64,000 bases of DNA from the human T2T-CHM13v2.0 reference genome, Homo sapiens: the NCBI RefSeq assembly GCF_009914755.1, contig NC_060927.1. One strand, written 5' to 3'. The notes under the pieces are model-generated. The model made no database searches and was not told where the DNA came from. It worked only from the letters and a program-made list of their open reading frames with translations. This document shows positions 1-17,428 of the stretch, piece after piece. A program made the translations under genes and the position numbers. The stretch's first letter is position 1. Every line of letters begins with the position of its first letter.

Positions 1-1745
1 GGATGAGGGAATACATCTAAACTCATTCTATGAGGAATTAGCATGATACCAAAATTAGACAAAGACACATCAAAAAAGGAAAGCTGTAGGCCTATATCCT
101 CGATGAACATTGATGCAAAAACCCTCACAAAATACTAGCAAATTGAATTTAACAATACATTAGAAAGATCATTCATCATAACCAAGTGGGATTTATCCCT
201 GGAATGCAAAGTTGATTTAACATACACGAACACATAGAATAGTGGAACAGAATAGAGAACAAAAAACGTATTTGTACATCTACAGTTAACTCATTTCCCA
301 CAAAGATACCAAGAACATACATTGGGGGAAAGGACAGTATCTTCAAAAATAGTGGTGGGAAAACTGAATATCCATATAAAGGAGAATGAAACCAGGCCCC
401 TATCTCTCACCATACACAAAAATCAAATCAAAATGGATTAAAGAATTAAATCTAAGACCTCAAACTATGAAACTGCTAATAGAAAACATTGGGGAAACTC
501 TCCAGGACATTGAACTAGGTGAAGATTTCTTGAGTACTATCCCACAAGCACAGGCATCCAAAGAAAAAGTGGACAAATGGAATCACATGAAGTTAAAAAG
601 CCTTTGCACAGCAAAGAAAAGAATCAACAAAATGAAGAGACGGCCCACAGAATGGGAGAAAATAAACTATCCATCTGACAAGGGATTAATAACCATAAAT
701 ATATAGGGCGCTTGAACAACTCCATAGGAAAAAAGTCTAATAATCTGATTCAAAGATGGGCAAAAGGTCTGAATAGATATTTTTTAAAAGAAGACATACA
801 AATGGCAAACAGGTAAGTGAAAGTTGCTCAACATCGTTGTTCATCAGAGAAACGCAAATCAAAACTGCAACAAGATACCGTCTCACCCTAGTTAAAATAG
901 TTTTGCCCTAAAGGCAGGCAATAACAAATGCTGGTGAGGATGTGAAGAACGGAGAACCCTCATACACTGTTCATGCCAATGTAAATTATTACAGCCATTA
1001 TGGAGAACATATGGAAGTTTGTCAAAAATCTAAGTATAGAAATACCATATGATCCAGCAAATCCAACTGCTAGGTAATACCCAAAAGAAAAGAAATCAAT
1101 ATATCGAAGAGATATCTGCACTCCCATGTTTATTGCAGTGATATTCAAAATATCTATGACTTGGAAGCAACCTAAGAGTTCACCAACAGACAAATGATAA
1201 AGAAAATGTGGTACATATACCAAATGAATTACTCTTCAGCCATGTAAAAGAATGGGATCCTGTCATTTGCAATAACATGGATGAAACTAGAGGTCATTAT
1301 ACTAAGTGAAATAAGTTAGCATAGAAAGACACACTTGTCATGTTCTTGCTCATTTGTGGGAACTAAAAATCAAAACAATTGAACTGAGGGAGGCAGGGCA
1401 TAGAATTATTGTTACTAGAGGCTGAGAAAGGTAGGGTTGGTGGGGTGATGGGGATGGTTAATGGACATAAAAATATACTTAGATACAATGAATAAGATCT
1501 AGTATTTGATAGGAAAATACGATGACTACAGTCAGCAGTAATTTTGTGTACATTTTGGAATAACTGAGGGAATAGAATTGGAATATTCATACACAAATAC
1601 TTGATGAATGCTAGAAGTGATAGATATCCATTTACCCTGATTTGATTATTACACGTTGTATGCCTTTATCAAAATATCTCATATACCCTATAAAGATATA
1701 CACCTATTATGTACCCATAAAAATTAAAAATTGGAAAAATAACTT
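1..1745 (+). mobile_element. Old LINE-1 (L1MA1-3-like) 3' part: degenerate ORF2 remnant and 3'UTR, running off the left edge
   Basis: ORF 386..706 translates to L1 ORF2 C-terminal sequence (PYLSPYTKIKSKWIKELNLRP, DKWNHMKLKSLCTAK). An L1MA-type 3'UTR ends in an A-rich tail at about 1718-1745. There is an internal deletion near 230. Confidence 0.9.
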
Positions 1746-1749
1746 AAAA

Positions 1750-2501
1750 ATCTTCACTCGAGGAAGCAACCACAGATGTGGTGAAAATAGCAAGACACCT
1801 AGAATTAAAAGCGGAGCCTAAAGATGGGACTGAATTTCATCAATCTCATGATAAAACTTGGACAGATGAGGACTTGCTTCTTACTGCTGAGCAAATAAAA
1901 CGTATATATTTTTTCTTTTTTGAGATGGAATCTACCCCTGGTGAAGGTGCTGTAAACATTGTTTAAATGGCAACAAATAATTTAGAATATTACATAAACT
2001 TAGCTGATAAGGTAGTAGCAGGGTTTGAGATGACTAACTTTAACTTTGAAAGAAGTTTCAAATGTAAGTAAAATGCTATCAAACAGCATCACATGCTACA
2101 GAGAAATGTAATATTAAAAAGTCAATTGATGCAGCAAACCTCATTGTTGTCTTATATTAAGAAATTGCTCCAGGCACCCAAACCTTCAGCAACCACCACC
2201 CTGATGAGTCAGGAGCCATCAATATGAAGGTAAAAATATCTACCAGCAAAAATATTATGACTCATTAAAGGCTCAGATAATTGCTAGCAGGTTTTAGCAA
2301 TAAAGTATTTTAGTTAAAGTATACACATTGTATTTTTAGATATAATGCTATCACACAATAAATAGACTGCAGTGTAGTGTACACATAACTTTTGCATGCA
2401 CTGGGAAAGCCAGAAAAATTGTGTGATAGGGCTTTATTGTGATATTCACTTTATTGCAGTGGTCTTAAACCGCACCCAAGATATTCTACAAGGTATGCTT
2501 G
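1750..2501 (+). mobile_element. Tigger1 (TcMar-Tigger DNA transposon) 3' fragment with right terminal inverted repeat
   Basis: ORF 1778..1966 (VKIARHLELKAEPKDGTE..SHDKTWTDEDLLL..EMESTPGE) resembles the Tigger1 transposase C-terminus. The element ends ...aggtatgcttg followed by TA at 2502-2503. Confidence 0.88.
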
Positions 2502-2508
2502 TATTTCT

Positions 2509-3154
<646 letters not shown>

Positions 3155-3156
3155 TA

Positions 3157-6100
3157 TTTGTCTAGTCTCTATTTTGTTTATCTCTGCTGTAATTTTTATT
3201 ATTTCATTTCCTCTACTACTTTGGATTTAGTTTGTCTTTTTCTTTTATAGTTTCTTAAGTTGTAGAGTTTGGCTGTTGATTTAAAATGTTTCTTGTTGTT
3301 TACTTAATATAAGTAAGCATTTATAAATGTTCTTAGCACGGCTCATCTCTGTTTTCTAATTTCATTGTGATCTCTTCTTTGGTATATTGATTGTTTATAA
3401 ATGTGTTGTTTATTTTCCACAAATTTGTAAATTTTTAAGTTTTCCTTCTGTTATTATTTCTAACTTTATCTCACTGTGGTAAGAGAAGATACTTTGCGTG
3501 GTATTGTAATTTTCTAAATCTATTGAAAATCAATTCGTGGCCCAAGATATTATCTATCCCTGAAAAATGTTCCATGTTTTTCTTATGAGCACATTTTCTT
3601 ATGTGCTCATAAGAAATATGTGTATGCTGTTGGTGGTGAGTACAGTGTTCATATATGCCTGTTGGACAGAGTTGGTGTATTGTGTTGCTCAGGTCCTCTA
3701 TTTTCTCACCTATTTTCTGTCTGGTTGTTCTAACCACTATTGAGAGTGGAGTACTGAAGTCTCCTGCAGTTATTATAGAACTGTCTATTTCTCTCTTCAA
3801 TTCTGTCAGATTTGATTTATATATTTTGATGGTATGTTATTCGGTGAAAATGTTTGTGATTGTTACATCTTCTTGCTGTGTTGAACCTTTTATTAATAAG
3901 TAATGCCATTCCTTTGTCCCTTATAAGCTTTTTTTGGTTAAGTCTAATTTATCTGATGTTAGTATAGCCACTCCTACTCTCTTTGGTTGCTATTCACAGA
4001 GTGTTTTTCCCATCTTTTACTTTCAATCCATTTTGTGTCTTTGAATCTAAAGTAAGTCTCTAGTAGATAATATATAGTTATTATTATTTTTAAAATCCAT
4101 TCTGCCAATCTATATCTTTTTATTGGATAATTTAATCCATTTACAGTTAAAGTAATTACTGGTAAGAGGGAGTTATGTTATCTTGCTGTTTTTTTCTATG
4201 TGCTTTACAGATTTTTTGTCTCTCATTTCCTGCGTTACTATTTTGTTAGTTTTTTTTGTTAAAACGAAAACTTTTGAATTCTTTTATAATTTTATTTTGC
4301 ATATATTATTTAGCTATATTGTTGTTGTTACTAGGGGGATCACATTTAACATTTTGAAGTTATGACCCTCAAATATAAATGTATGTCAAATTAAATGTGA
4401 TAACATACAATAATTCTACTCTGTATTAGCTCTATTTCCATCCCTTTCAGTTATCGATGTCACAAAATTACATATTTATATATCGAGTGCCCAAAATATA
4501 GACATACATTTTTAATGCATTAGTCTATTTACACTAACTTTTAGTCTAGTAATTATTTTTTGAAATGTATAATGTATTAGTCTTTTAAATCACGGAGAAA
4601 ACAAAAAAAGTTGGACTTACCTGTCATTGTTACAATAATATTAGCTTGTATAATTGACCTTTTATTTGCCTTTACTAAGATCTTTATTTCTTTATATGGC
4701 TTCAAGTTGCTATCTGGTCTTCTTTCATTTTAACATGCATTCCTTGCAAGGCACTTGCAATGGTAGTAAGCTTCCTCATCATTTGTTTATCTGATAATGT
4801 CTTAATATCTCTCTCACTTTTGAAGAACAGCTTTCCACATAAAGAATTCTTGAGAAATCTTTTTTTTTTTCCTTTTAGAATCTTGAATAGATTATCCCAC
4901 TCCCTTCTGATCTCTAAATTTTCTGAAAACTGCTGGTAATCTCATTAAGGATTTCTAGTATGTGATAAGTGAGTTCTCTTTTCTGCATTCAAGATTCTCT
5001 CTGTTTTTGCCTTTAAACCATTTGGTTATAACTACGTTTGTGGTTCTTTGAATTCTTGCTACTTAGAATTTCTTGTGCTTCTTGGATGTTTATATTTAGG
5101 TCTTTCATCAAACTTGGGCTGTCATTCCTTCAAATACATCTCTGTCCCATTTTTCTCTCTCTCTTCTAACTCTTGGACTCTTGCAACGCATATGTTCGTC
5201 TGCTTGATGATATTCCACAAGTTCTTTAGGCTATGTTCACTTTTCTTCAGTCTTTTCTTTTTCTGCTTTTGAGACTTGATAATTCACATTGTCTTCTCTT
5301 CAAGTTTACTAAATCTTTCTTCTACATCATTAAATCTGCCCTTGATTCTCTCTAATAATTTTTTTATTTTAGTTATTATATTTTTAGCTCCAGGATATCT
5401 ATTTGTCTTTCTTCAGGTTTTCTATGTTTTTATTAATATTTTCATTCATTTTATATATAACTTTCTGACTTTCTTCACATCCACCTTTAGTTCATTGATC
5501 ATCTTTAAGATGGTTGTTTTAAAGTCTTTGTCTAGTAGAATCACCATTTGTTTCTTCCAGGGAACTTTCTTTTGGTTATGTTTATTGTTCCATTAGGCAA
5601 TACTTTCTTTTCATTTTTGGAGGCCAAAGAAATGGATCATATTTTCTTTTTCTCTTTCTATTGAAAAATAAATGTTTTGATCTACTAATTGTGAAAATCA
5701 GATTCTCTGTCTTTCCTAGTGTTTGCTGGGGTTTTTTCTTTTGTTTTTGTTTCTTTATTTTTTAAGTTGTCTTTGTGAATCACCTCAGATGAATCACCTC
5801 CTCAGGTTTTTTGAGCCTGTGCTTTCTCCTAGGAATATGTGATGACTTTCTAATTTCCCTTGTATATGGCATTGCTTTTGAATGTCCTTGTTTTCTGAGA
5901 CTGGCTCCCCAAGAGGAAATAAGTAAAACATAAAAGGGGAGAAAATGTGGTCAGGCAGAGGAAAAAGGGCTTGCAACAAAGTGGGAATAAAACAATAGTG
6001 GTCAATGCCTCTTTTTCTGCACTTCTGTGATTGTAAGCTACCATCAGTGATGAAAGCTCTCCAATATTTTAAGAACAGAATTCTTTTTGTTTCCAAACTC

Positions 6101-6390
6101 CCCACTGGTTCCCACAAATTGTGTGCAAGCTACTTCAGAAACATGGGCACAGATACTGGCCATGGAACTGAGGGGTGGGGAGTGAGTAGCTACTACTGTG
6201 CTAAGAGCTGACGTTGACCATAATTTACTTTCCAAGACTAGCACTGGAATTTTCAAGTCTTCATTGAATTCCAGAGTTCCAAAATAGTTTACATCAGACA
6301 GATTCTGCAGGTACAATATTTTTCTAGGTGGAGAGAATATATTTCTGATGCTTCGTTCTTTACTTTCTTCCCAGAATTTTCAGATTTTCA
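3157..6390 (-). mobile_element. Ancient L1M element: 5' region, ORF1 remnant and ORF2 endonuclease remnant
   Basis: Minus ORF 3471..3800 (REIDSSIITAGDFSTPLS..RQKI..IEDLSNTIHQL) is L1 endonuclease-like. The plus strand is strongly T-rich throughout. Confidence 0.8.
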
Positions 6391-6681
6391 CTAGTGCTTT
6401 AAAAAGTTTTTATCCTTGAAAATACTTGATCATAGCTTGTATCTCTATGTTAATTTTATAGAAAGTTGTATTCTTATAAATCTTGGTTAATTGTAAATCG
6501 ACTTCATAAGCATTCAGAACAGAAGAGAGGCATTTATGTAGCAGCCATAAGCTCTTTTACCATGGGGGCAAAAGATAAAATACTAACTCTTGACCACATA
6601 TATTTTTATTCTTTCAACCCTCCATCATCTTGTCTTTGTCTTAGTTTCCCTCCACTTCCCCATATTCTACTTTCTTTGGCA

Positions 6682-6726
6682 GAAACAAAACAAAACAAAA
6701 CAAAACAAGAAAGAAAGAAATAAAAA
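6682..6726 (+). repeat. (AAAAC)n/(AAAG)n simple repeat
   Basis: gaaacaaaacaaaacaaaacaaaacaagaaagaaagaaa. Confidence 0.8.
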
Positions 6727-7290
6727 TTTTACTTTACCATATGGAACTGCTTCTGTTGATTTAAACAATTGAAGAGTTTTAATTCTTTTTTAGAACTACA
6801 TTGTAATATATAAAGACATTTTATCCACTTCTGCCGGCTGCTAATTGGAAAGCATGGACATAAAAGTAGTCGTTGAATCATTAAGATTACATTTGAAAAA
6901 TGGAACTTCCAAAGGTTGGTACAATCATATCCAGTAAATTGGTGATTCGTGACTCAATTTACCTTGAAGAGGTGTCTAGGTTACTGAATTCAGCTGGACC
7001 TAAACAGTTTACAAATTTCTTCTTAAACTTTTTTAAAAACAAAATATAACTCCTACTTTTTCAATGCTTTATCAAGTTTAAGTATTACAAATAAGATATT
7101 AAATTAAATATCATTTTTGTACACTAATATCAGAAAAAAAACAAAAAATATTTCTTTATTAACTCAAGAATTACATATTTTTTTACAGTTGAACAACAAT
7201 AACACCACAAAACAGATTCTCCAAATTATATGCATACTTAGATACTTATGGGAAAGAGGAGAAAAAATAAAATACATATATCAAATAACC

Positions 7291-7670
7291 CACTATGGTT
7301 TGAAAGTTTGTCCCTTCCAAAACTCATGTTGAAAATTAGTTGCCATTTTAACAGTATTAAGAATGTCACCTTTGAGAGGTGATTAGGCCATGAGTGATCC
7401 ATGCTCATGAATGGATGAATACTATTATAAAAAGGCTTTGGAAGTGTGGTCTCTCTGTTTGCCCCTCCACCTCCCAGCATGTGAGAATGCAGCATTCAAA
7501 GCACAAGTTTGGAAGCACATTTTGGGCTGTCATAAGACACTGAATCTGCCAGTCCCTTGATAGTGGGTTCCCAGTCTCCAGGACTGTGAGTCAATAAATT
7601 CATGTTTATTGTACAGTAATTTACCCAGTCTCTGGTATTTTGTTATAGTAGCACCAAAAAGACTGAGACA
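7291..7670 (+). mobile_element. MST (MSTC/MSTD-like) solo LTR
   Basis: Start 'ctatggtttga..gtcccttccaaaactcatgttgaaa'; end 'aataaattc..ttacccagtctctggtattttgttatagtagcacc..gactgagaca'. Flanked by taacc/taact. Confidence 0.85.
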
Positions 7671-7674
7671 TAAC

Positions 7675-10379
<2,705 letters not shown>

Positions 10380-11670
10380 ATAATGTAAAAGAATTTGTAG
10401 AATTTTTAGGGTCAATGTTAGAAAACATTATTTTTAATCTTTACTTCATGGAGATTTCATAAGGTATTCATTTTATGTAGTCAATAGACAGATAACTTTC
10501 AAATATTGTTGTTCAGACCTTAACAAGTTATATTCTCTTGTCAGCTAGTAGAGAGGGAAATAAAAATGTATACTTCAAAACAATGCTTTGAATGGACAAC
10601 TTTAAACATATGTAAGCAGTAGTTTGTTTTCTTACCCTTGTACTGTTTTAGTGGTTTTTTTTTTGCATCTGCTCAGTTTTGCTAAAAAGGTTACCAGATA
10701 TATATTTGTTTCAAGTTCTATCATTTTTTTCTGTAGTCTTTATTTGTTTAATTTTCTTGTTTCAACTCTCTTATCTTTTAAGCATATAGTACACATGCTC
10801 TGGTGTTATTCATATAAGATTGGTGTTGCTTCAGAGTTACACAACATACAAGCATAAGCCCTGAATAACTTGTATCTTTAAGTAGTACAAACTGTACAAC
10901 AAACTTTATTCTGTTTTTGAAAGCTTCTGAAACAAGAGTTCTTATATTTTTCATCCTGGTTAGATTTCTGTGTCAGGATTGTGAGTAATGTGTATTCAAG
11001 AGATATTTTTAAAAATCAAAGTGCATACTTACTTACCAAGGATAAGTTTAAAAAGAAACAGTCACTCTGACATACCAGTGCCATGTACTGTTACAGATCT
11101 ATTCCAGAACAAAGATGAAAGCTGGTTTAAAAGAATTTATAACTCTTCTAGCATATTATTTTACAACTAAATACTTTTTCTTCTTTAGAGTACTGCCTCT
11201 CTTGCTGGGAGTAGTATCCTCTGCTGCTGTAAGGAGGAGGGTAAGGCAGTATTCTCTGGTTCTATAATGTGAAGAAACACTTTGCTATTTATTTTGCCTG
11301 TTTCTCTATTATTTGTGCATGTGTGTTTAGTTGTAATCATATTTTCATCTATTCAACAAGTATGTATTAATGAATTCCTATGTGTGAGATACTGTGCTAT
11401 AAGCCAGAAAATAAGGAATATAATAAAATATTGTTAATTCTCAGTCTCTTTTTTTTTCCAAAAAACTAAAGAAAAAGCCAAAATATTGCAAATGATTTTC
11501 ATAAAGAAACAGGCATTGTTTAAATTAAATAGCACATTAATCTTATAGATAAAAATACATAATGGAAGAGACAGAATCTGTCAGTTGTTGTCAGCCAGTC
11601 TTCCTGAAAGTAGTGGTCTTTGTTTCTAGACCTTACTTTGATAAAATTTGAACAACAGATGAGTTCTAAT

Positions 11671-11742
11671 TCTCCAGCCTAGGCAACATAGTGAGATTCC
11701 AATCTCAAAAAAACAAAAAGCAAAACAAAACAAAAACAAATA
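11671..11742 (+). mobile_element. Alu 3'-terminal fragment with A-rich/(AAAAC)n tail
   Basis: ctccagcctaggcaacatagtgagattccaatctc followed by an A-rich tail. Confidence 0.7.
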
Positions 11743-12465
11743 ACCTAAATAGACATTTTCCCAAAGAAGACATTTAAATGGCCAAAGGGTAGTTTCAAAA
11801 TGGTATCATCACTAATAATCAAAGAAATGCAAATCAAAACAACAATGAATTATTATCTCACACCTATTAAGATGGCTATGATCAAAAGGACACAAGATAA
11901 TAACTGTTGACAAGTGTGTGAAGAAAAGAAAACCCTTGCATATAGTTAATGGGAATGTGGATTGCTACAGCCATTATGAAAAACAGTATAAAAGCTTTTC
12001 AAAAAGTTAAAAATAAAACATATTTAATCCAAATATTTTCTGCATAGATATGCTAAAGAAAGGAAATCAGTACCTATCAGATATACCTGCACTCCCATGT
12101 TCATTGCAACATTATCCACAACATCTAAGTTATGAAAACAACTTATATCTATCCATGGATAAATAGATAAAGAAAATATTGTAGATATGTACAGTAGAAT
12201 ATTATTTAGCCATTTAAGAGGAAAATTATTCCATTTTCCACAACATGGATGACCCTTATGAGCATTATTTTTAAGTGAAATGAGACAGATACCAAAAGAC
12301 AAATATTGTATAATGTCACTCCGTGCTGGGGATCAAATGTACATGAGTGGCAATGGGTACTCATTGTTAAATGAGTCATAAATAACATAAATCAAATTAA
12401 ATGTTAATTAATTTGATTGTGGCAAATATGTACAAATCATCATGTGTACATCTTAAATATATCTC
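11743..12465 (+). mobile_element. Old L1 (late L1MA/L1MB-like) ORF2 3' end and UTR fragment
   Basis: 'aatagacattttcccaaagaagacat..gaaatgcaaatcaaaacaacaatga..tctcacacctattaagatggctat' is a degenerate L1 C-terminal cysteine-rich region. Confidence 0.82.
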
Positions 12466-12679
12466 TTAAATATATCCCTCTTTATTTCATAATTAAATAT
12501 CTGTTAAGAGATAGCAACATTTGGTATACACTTGAGATAGACAACAACATGCATTTAAACTCTTATCCATATTCTATGTTAATTTTTTTTGTTTTAGGTA
12601 ATAATATAATCTAAAGGGAACTGTTCCTTTGGACATTATAATGAATCAATTTATTGATAACATCATCTTAATTAAAAAG

Positions 12680-15180
12680 TGAGCAAGAAATGTTAAGTAT
12701 GTTGGAGGCTTTGGTAAGATCTAAGTGCTCTGTAAGGTGAGAGATAAACTCTCAGAAGATTTAAGAGTTTTGCACATATATTAAGGTTTTAAGATCCAAT
12801 GGACTGGGACATCCTGTGATATATTATTTGACATAAAAGACAAATTATTGTATCTTACACTTTCCAGTACAACACCTTTTAATTCAGGTAGATTTCTGAA
12901 GGCATTTTCCTCACTTGGCTAATACGGTTCTACCCATTTACTGAGTGATGGGTGAGGATGCCAAGTTTGAAGGAGAGCAGAAAGCTGCTCAGTAGCTGGC
13001 CAGGTATACAGTAAAAACAACCCTGCCCTTTTGGCCATATGGCCCAGCAGATCCTATTTTGTTAGATTATTAGTGGTGGAAAAGATGGCAAACATCAATA
13101 GCAGTGTAATGTAGATACGTAAGGTTCTGGAACAAGGACATGATGTTGGTACAAAAAAAATGCATACCATTTGAAGAAACCACTCATTATGTGCTAGTGG
13201 GTCCTGACCATGGAATATCAAATTAACATATGGTCAGAATTTCTCATCATAAACCAGGTTCTATCAGACCCATAAAATCAAAACCAGGCCTTTCTAAAGA
13301 AAATTATTAGAAGATTGAATTGATACAAATAAAATCGGGTGGGCTTCACAATTAAACTCCACGATCATGTGGCTCAGAGTCTGCCCCCAACCCCATGTCA
13401 TCCACTAGTGTTCAACTGGTGTATTTATCTGAGGTCACAGCCATGTGGCATATGAGTTGCATCAATGTGACCATATAACAGATAAGGCAAACAGCCATTG
13501 TATTAGTTCGTTTTCATGCTGCTGATAAAGACATACCTGAAACTGCGCAATATACAAAAGAAAGAGGTTTATTGGACTTACAGTTCCACATGGCTGGGGA
13601 AGCCTCACAATCATGGCAGAAGGTGAAAGGCACATCTTACATGGCAGCAGGCAAGAGAAGAGAGCTAGTGTTTGGAAACTATCATTTTTATGTAACCATC
13701 AAATCTCATGAGACCCATTCACTATCACGAGAACAGCATGGGAAAGACCTGCCCCCGTGATTCAGTCATCTCCCACTGGGTTCCTCCCCCAACATGAGCG
13801 AATTACAGGAGCTACAAGATGAGATTTGGATGGGGACACAGCCAAACCATATCAGCCATCCTGAGTTCAAAAATGGAAAGCGTGAGTCTATAAACGTAAA
13901 CCAAAAGTGGGGTGCTTCTGTATGACATTCACACTTAGAGACAGCTCTAAATGACTGTCATGACAAGAAGTTCTTAAAGTTCAGAGCAATAGCTGATACA
14001 CTTGGTTATCTACTTTGTGTGGAATGAGACAAACATGGTCAACAGTGTATAACTTGAATGTGTAGTTTCAGGGCTAGGAAGGAAAAAAGATAAAAAGATA
14101 AAAAGAGTTTCTAGACAAGGGGCATGTAGACAGGCACAAGAGAATAGGCACAAAATGTGAAGATCCTTGTATCTACCAAAACTGATCCATCAGTGAAAAT
14201 GCATTAAATCACTTAGTAGAGAGAATTATTCCTCAAGTTGACTCAAGTCAATCCCCTGTCATCAGACATTCTAGTGCTGGCAAAATGGGTGAATGAATAA
14301 AGTAGCCATTGTGGAAGACAGGAGGATATGCATTAGCCTAATTCTAAGGCTCTTATTCACCCATGTTGATTTAAGAACAACTTCTGCCAAAGGTTCAACC
14401 TGCCAACTTGTAAAGAATAAAAACAAAATATTACTCCGTAATAAAGAATCACCATAGTTTAAACTTAAATCACCCTCAAGTATGCCAACTGGTCATTTGA
14501 TGATAAGTTGACTGCATTGGATATCTTCCACTCTGGAAAGGAGTGATAAGAATTAATACATATTTAGAATACATTTACTTTTATTTACCACAGTGCTTCA
14601 ATAAATACCACTATTTAAGGTGGCATTTGGACCATTCACGTGTGGTCCTAAATAACATCAACAGACCATGGGCTCTAGAGCAAATGAGACTGTAGAGCAA
14701 ATGAGATGCAGCGATGGGTATGTAATCATGAGCTCTATTGTTTCTACCACATGTTGCATCACTCAGAAACTACCAGCCTCATAGTAATGTAACAGTCTCT
14801 AGGATGTGCAACTGAGGTGTCATCTTGGAGAGGATATCCTAGCAGGTTTAGTTGGCTGTGAACATCAAGAATAGAACTGCTCTTATACAATGGGAATCAG
14901 GAAGAATACTTTAAGCACAAGGCAATCCATAGGGATATCCCTCCTATGCTTCTCCCAAAATGTTATAGAGAATGAACAAGTACAGCATTCATGGCCTGAG
15001 AAAGTCATGGTGACCAGGAATCAGGTCCCTCAGAGAAAGGAGTTTGTGTCATCTCATCATGTAAGTTTCTTAGACTATCAGAAGTACTAGCTCAGGTTGA
15101 AGCAAATCTAAAATGGATTGTAGAGAACTATAATTGCTTTCTTTACACCAGATGTGGCAGTTGTGGCTATAATTTTTCCA
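12680..15180 (+). mobile_element. Ancient class III ERV (ERVL-family) internal pol relic (RT, RNase H, integrase), split by THE1
   Basis: Degenerate translations resemble ERVL pol: KDKLL.L (about 12835), LP..PY.PADP (about 13020), an HHCC-like integrase region (about 14280-14405) and VD.IG.LP.WKG (about 14505-14543). All frames are broken. Confidence 0.72.
13499..13854 (-). mobile_element. THE1 (THE1A-like) solo LTR
   Basis: Runs from tgtattagt to ...gagatttggatggggacacagccaaaccatatca, the reverse complement of THE1. Perfect 5-bp TSD GCCAT at 13494-13498 and 13855-13859. Confidence 0.95.
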
Positions 15181-15520
15181 ATTTTCCTTTATTTTCAGTT
15201 GTCAGAAAGGAAGAGATAATCCTAGCCAAAAATGATTTATTCCTCTCTCTTTTTTCCTTCTCTCTCTTTCTTACCTCATATACACTCCCTCTCTCTTTGT
15301 CCTTTTTTTCATTTAATCACCTATGCAAGTATATTTAAAAATCTCTGATTCTCCAAAGTAAATTGTTTTACCAATCTTAAAATGTCATTTGAAAGAATTT
15401 GGTTAAGTGGTAGAAAAATGCACCTACATAGAAGAAAAAACAATTTCTTCTAGGTATCATTATTTTATTGTATAAGATAAAAATATGAATATCATTCAAC
15501 AAATTATCATATAATGGCAA

Positions 15521-15671
15521 ATATCTAGAAGATAATTGTAAAGTTCCCAACACAAAGAAAAGTTAAATGTTTGAGGTGATGAATATCTCAATTATCCTGA
15601 TCATTTCACATTATATGCAGATATTTCACATGTACCCCCTAAATATGTACAAATATTATATATCAATAAAA
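15521..15671 (+). mobile_element. L1MA 3'-terminal fragment
   Basis: ttcccaacacaaagaaa..aaatgtttgaggtgatg..cacatgtaccccctaaatatgtacaa..tcaataaaa. Confidence 0.75.
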
Positions 15672-17134
15672 GATGGCATTTAAAATTAAATATCATGGCA
15701 GTTTACTCACAGGGTAGACACTGGTAGTAACTGTGGGTTTTAAAATTTTGTGTTATGACATCTAGCCTGAATAAGTAATTTTATTTTAAAAATATTTTGA
15801 TCATCAGATCACAGATATAAAAAACAAAACAAAAAGAAAACCAAAATAAAGTGTGTTTTCGGGCAATAGGATGGCAAGCAATAAATATTAGACTTGTAAA
15901 TGCTGAAAGAGTTGCATAAGCTGTTTTCAGCACTAGGGTAAAAAAGAAACAAAAATCAGTAAACTCTTTATTCAGCAAACACGCTAACCAATTATGACTA
16001 AAATAAGGAAAGACAATGAGATAATTTTAAAATCTACTCAATGTAAGAATTCAGATATATATAGCCAAGCCTAGCTAAAACTTGACAGAAAAAAATATAA
16101 TATAGTGAACAAAAAGATAAAGCATAAATATGCATAGAATATCAGAGAACACCACAAAAACGGGAAATCTATGGAGTCAGAATTACTTGGTGTAATCATT
16201 TTCACTCTGTCAATGACTCATACAAATGCGGTCTCTCTCCTTGGTGCTAGATAGACTCAGCCTGAGTACTTGTTTGCTTGAATTGTTTCAAATTCTTTCT
16301 ATGCTTGCTCTGGAAGATCAGTGGAGTAACTGGGTAACCTCCACATCTGTTGAGCATTAACTCCACAGTCACGAATTTCTATTTTCTTTCCAGCTGTGTG
16401 CACTCCGAATCTGGGTTTAACTGGAGAAAGAAATGACAGAATGAGATACAATGCAATCCAATAGCTGGATTTTAACTTTTTAGCACTATCAAATTCAAAC
16501 CTGATCATTAATCTGTATCTCTGCCTTTACAAACAGTTTATTTTTCCTTCTCCTAATAAAGGTGCTGTGTTCATCATCAGAATTGTAATGTCCCCTATTT
16601 ATATTGTTTTCTGTTCTGTTGGTGCTGTGGACAAAGCTATGTATTCTGTTGTGGTACCAAAGGAAAGACTGTCCATATATTTGAAATACAGTACTGTTTC
16701 AAAGTGGAAAATACTAATCTTATAGTAAGAAAGGAGCTTCAGAACAAGTAAAACTGATTAACGTATAAGCATTTTTGTTTGTTTGTTTTTACTTTAAGAA
16801 TACAGCAGCTCTGCTAAAAGTTTGAAACTGTTAAAGAGACTAAGACAGGTTTATTTTTGTTAAATAATATATTCTAGCTATTTGAGAAATAAAATGGTAT
16901 AGGGTAATTTCTATAAGATTTCAAATTGTAAGAAATGTTTATTATTCTCCTGATCATTTCTTTGTCCATTTGTTTTTTCTTTTCTCATGATGAAAAGTAT
17001 GAAGTACTTAGGGGTGCACTATGCCACAACAAGTGCACATATAGTTGAAGTCTTAAGATGTTAAGAAGTAAATCAAAACATTTTACATAAGGACTCTAAA
17101 CATTTCTATCAGTTCAATAGATATTTGTACCTAG

Positions 17135-17428
<294 letters not shown>

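Noticed and set aside
14676-14706. Short direct repeat tagagcaaatgaga x2 in the ERVL relic
   Set aside because: An ordinary small tandem duplication in decayed repeat DNA.
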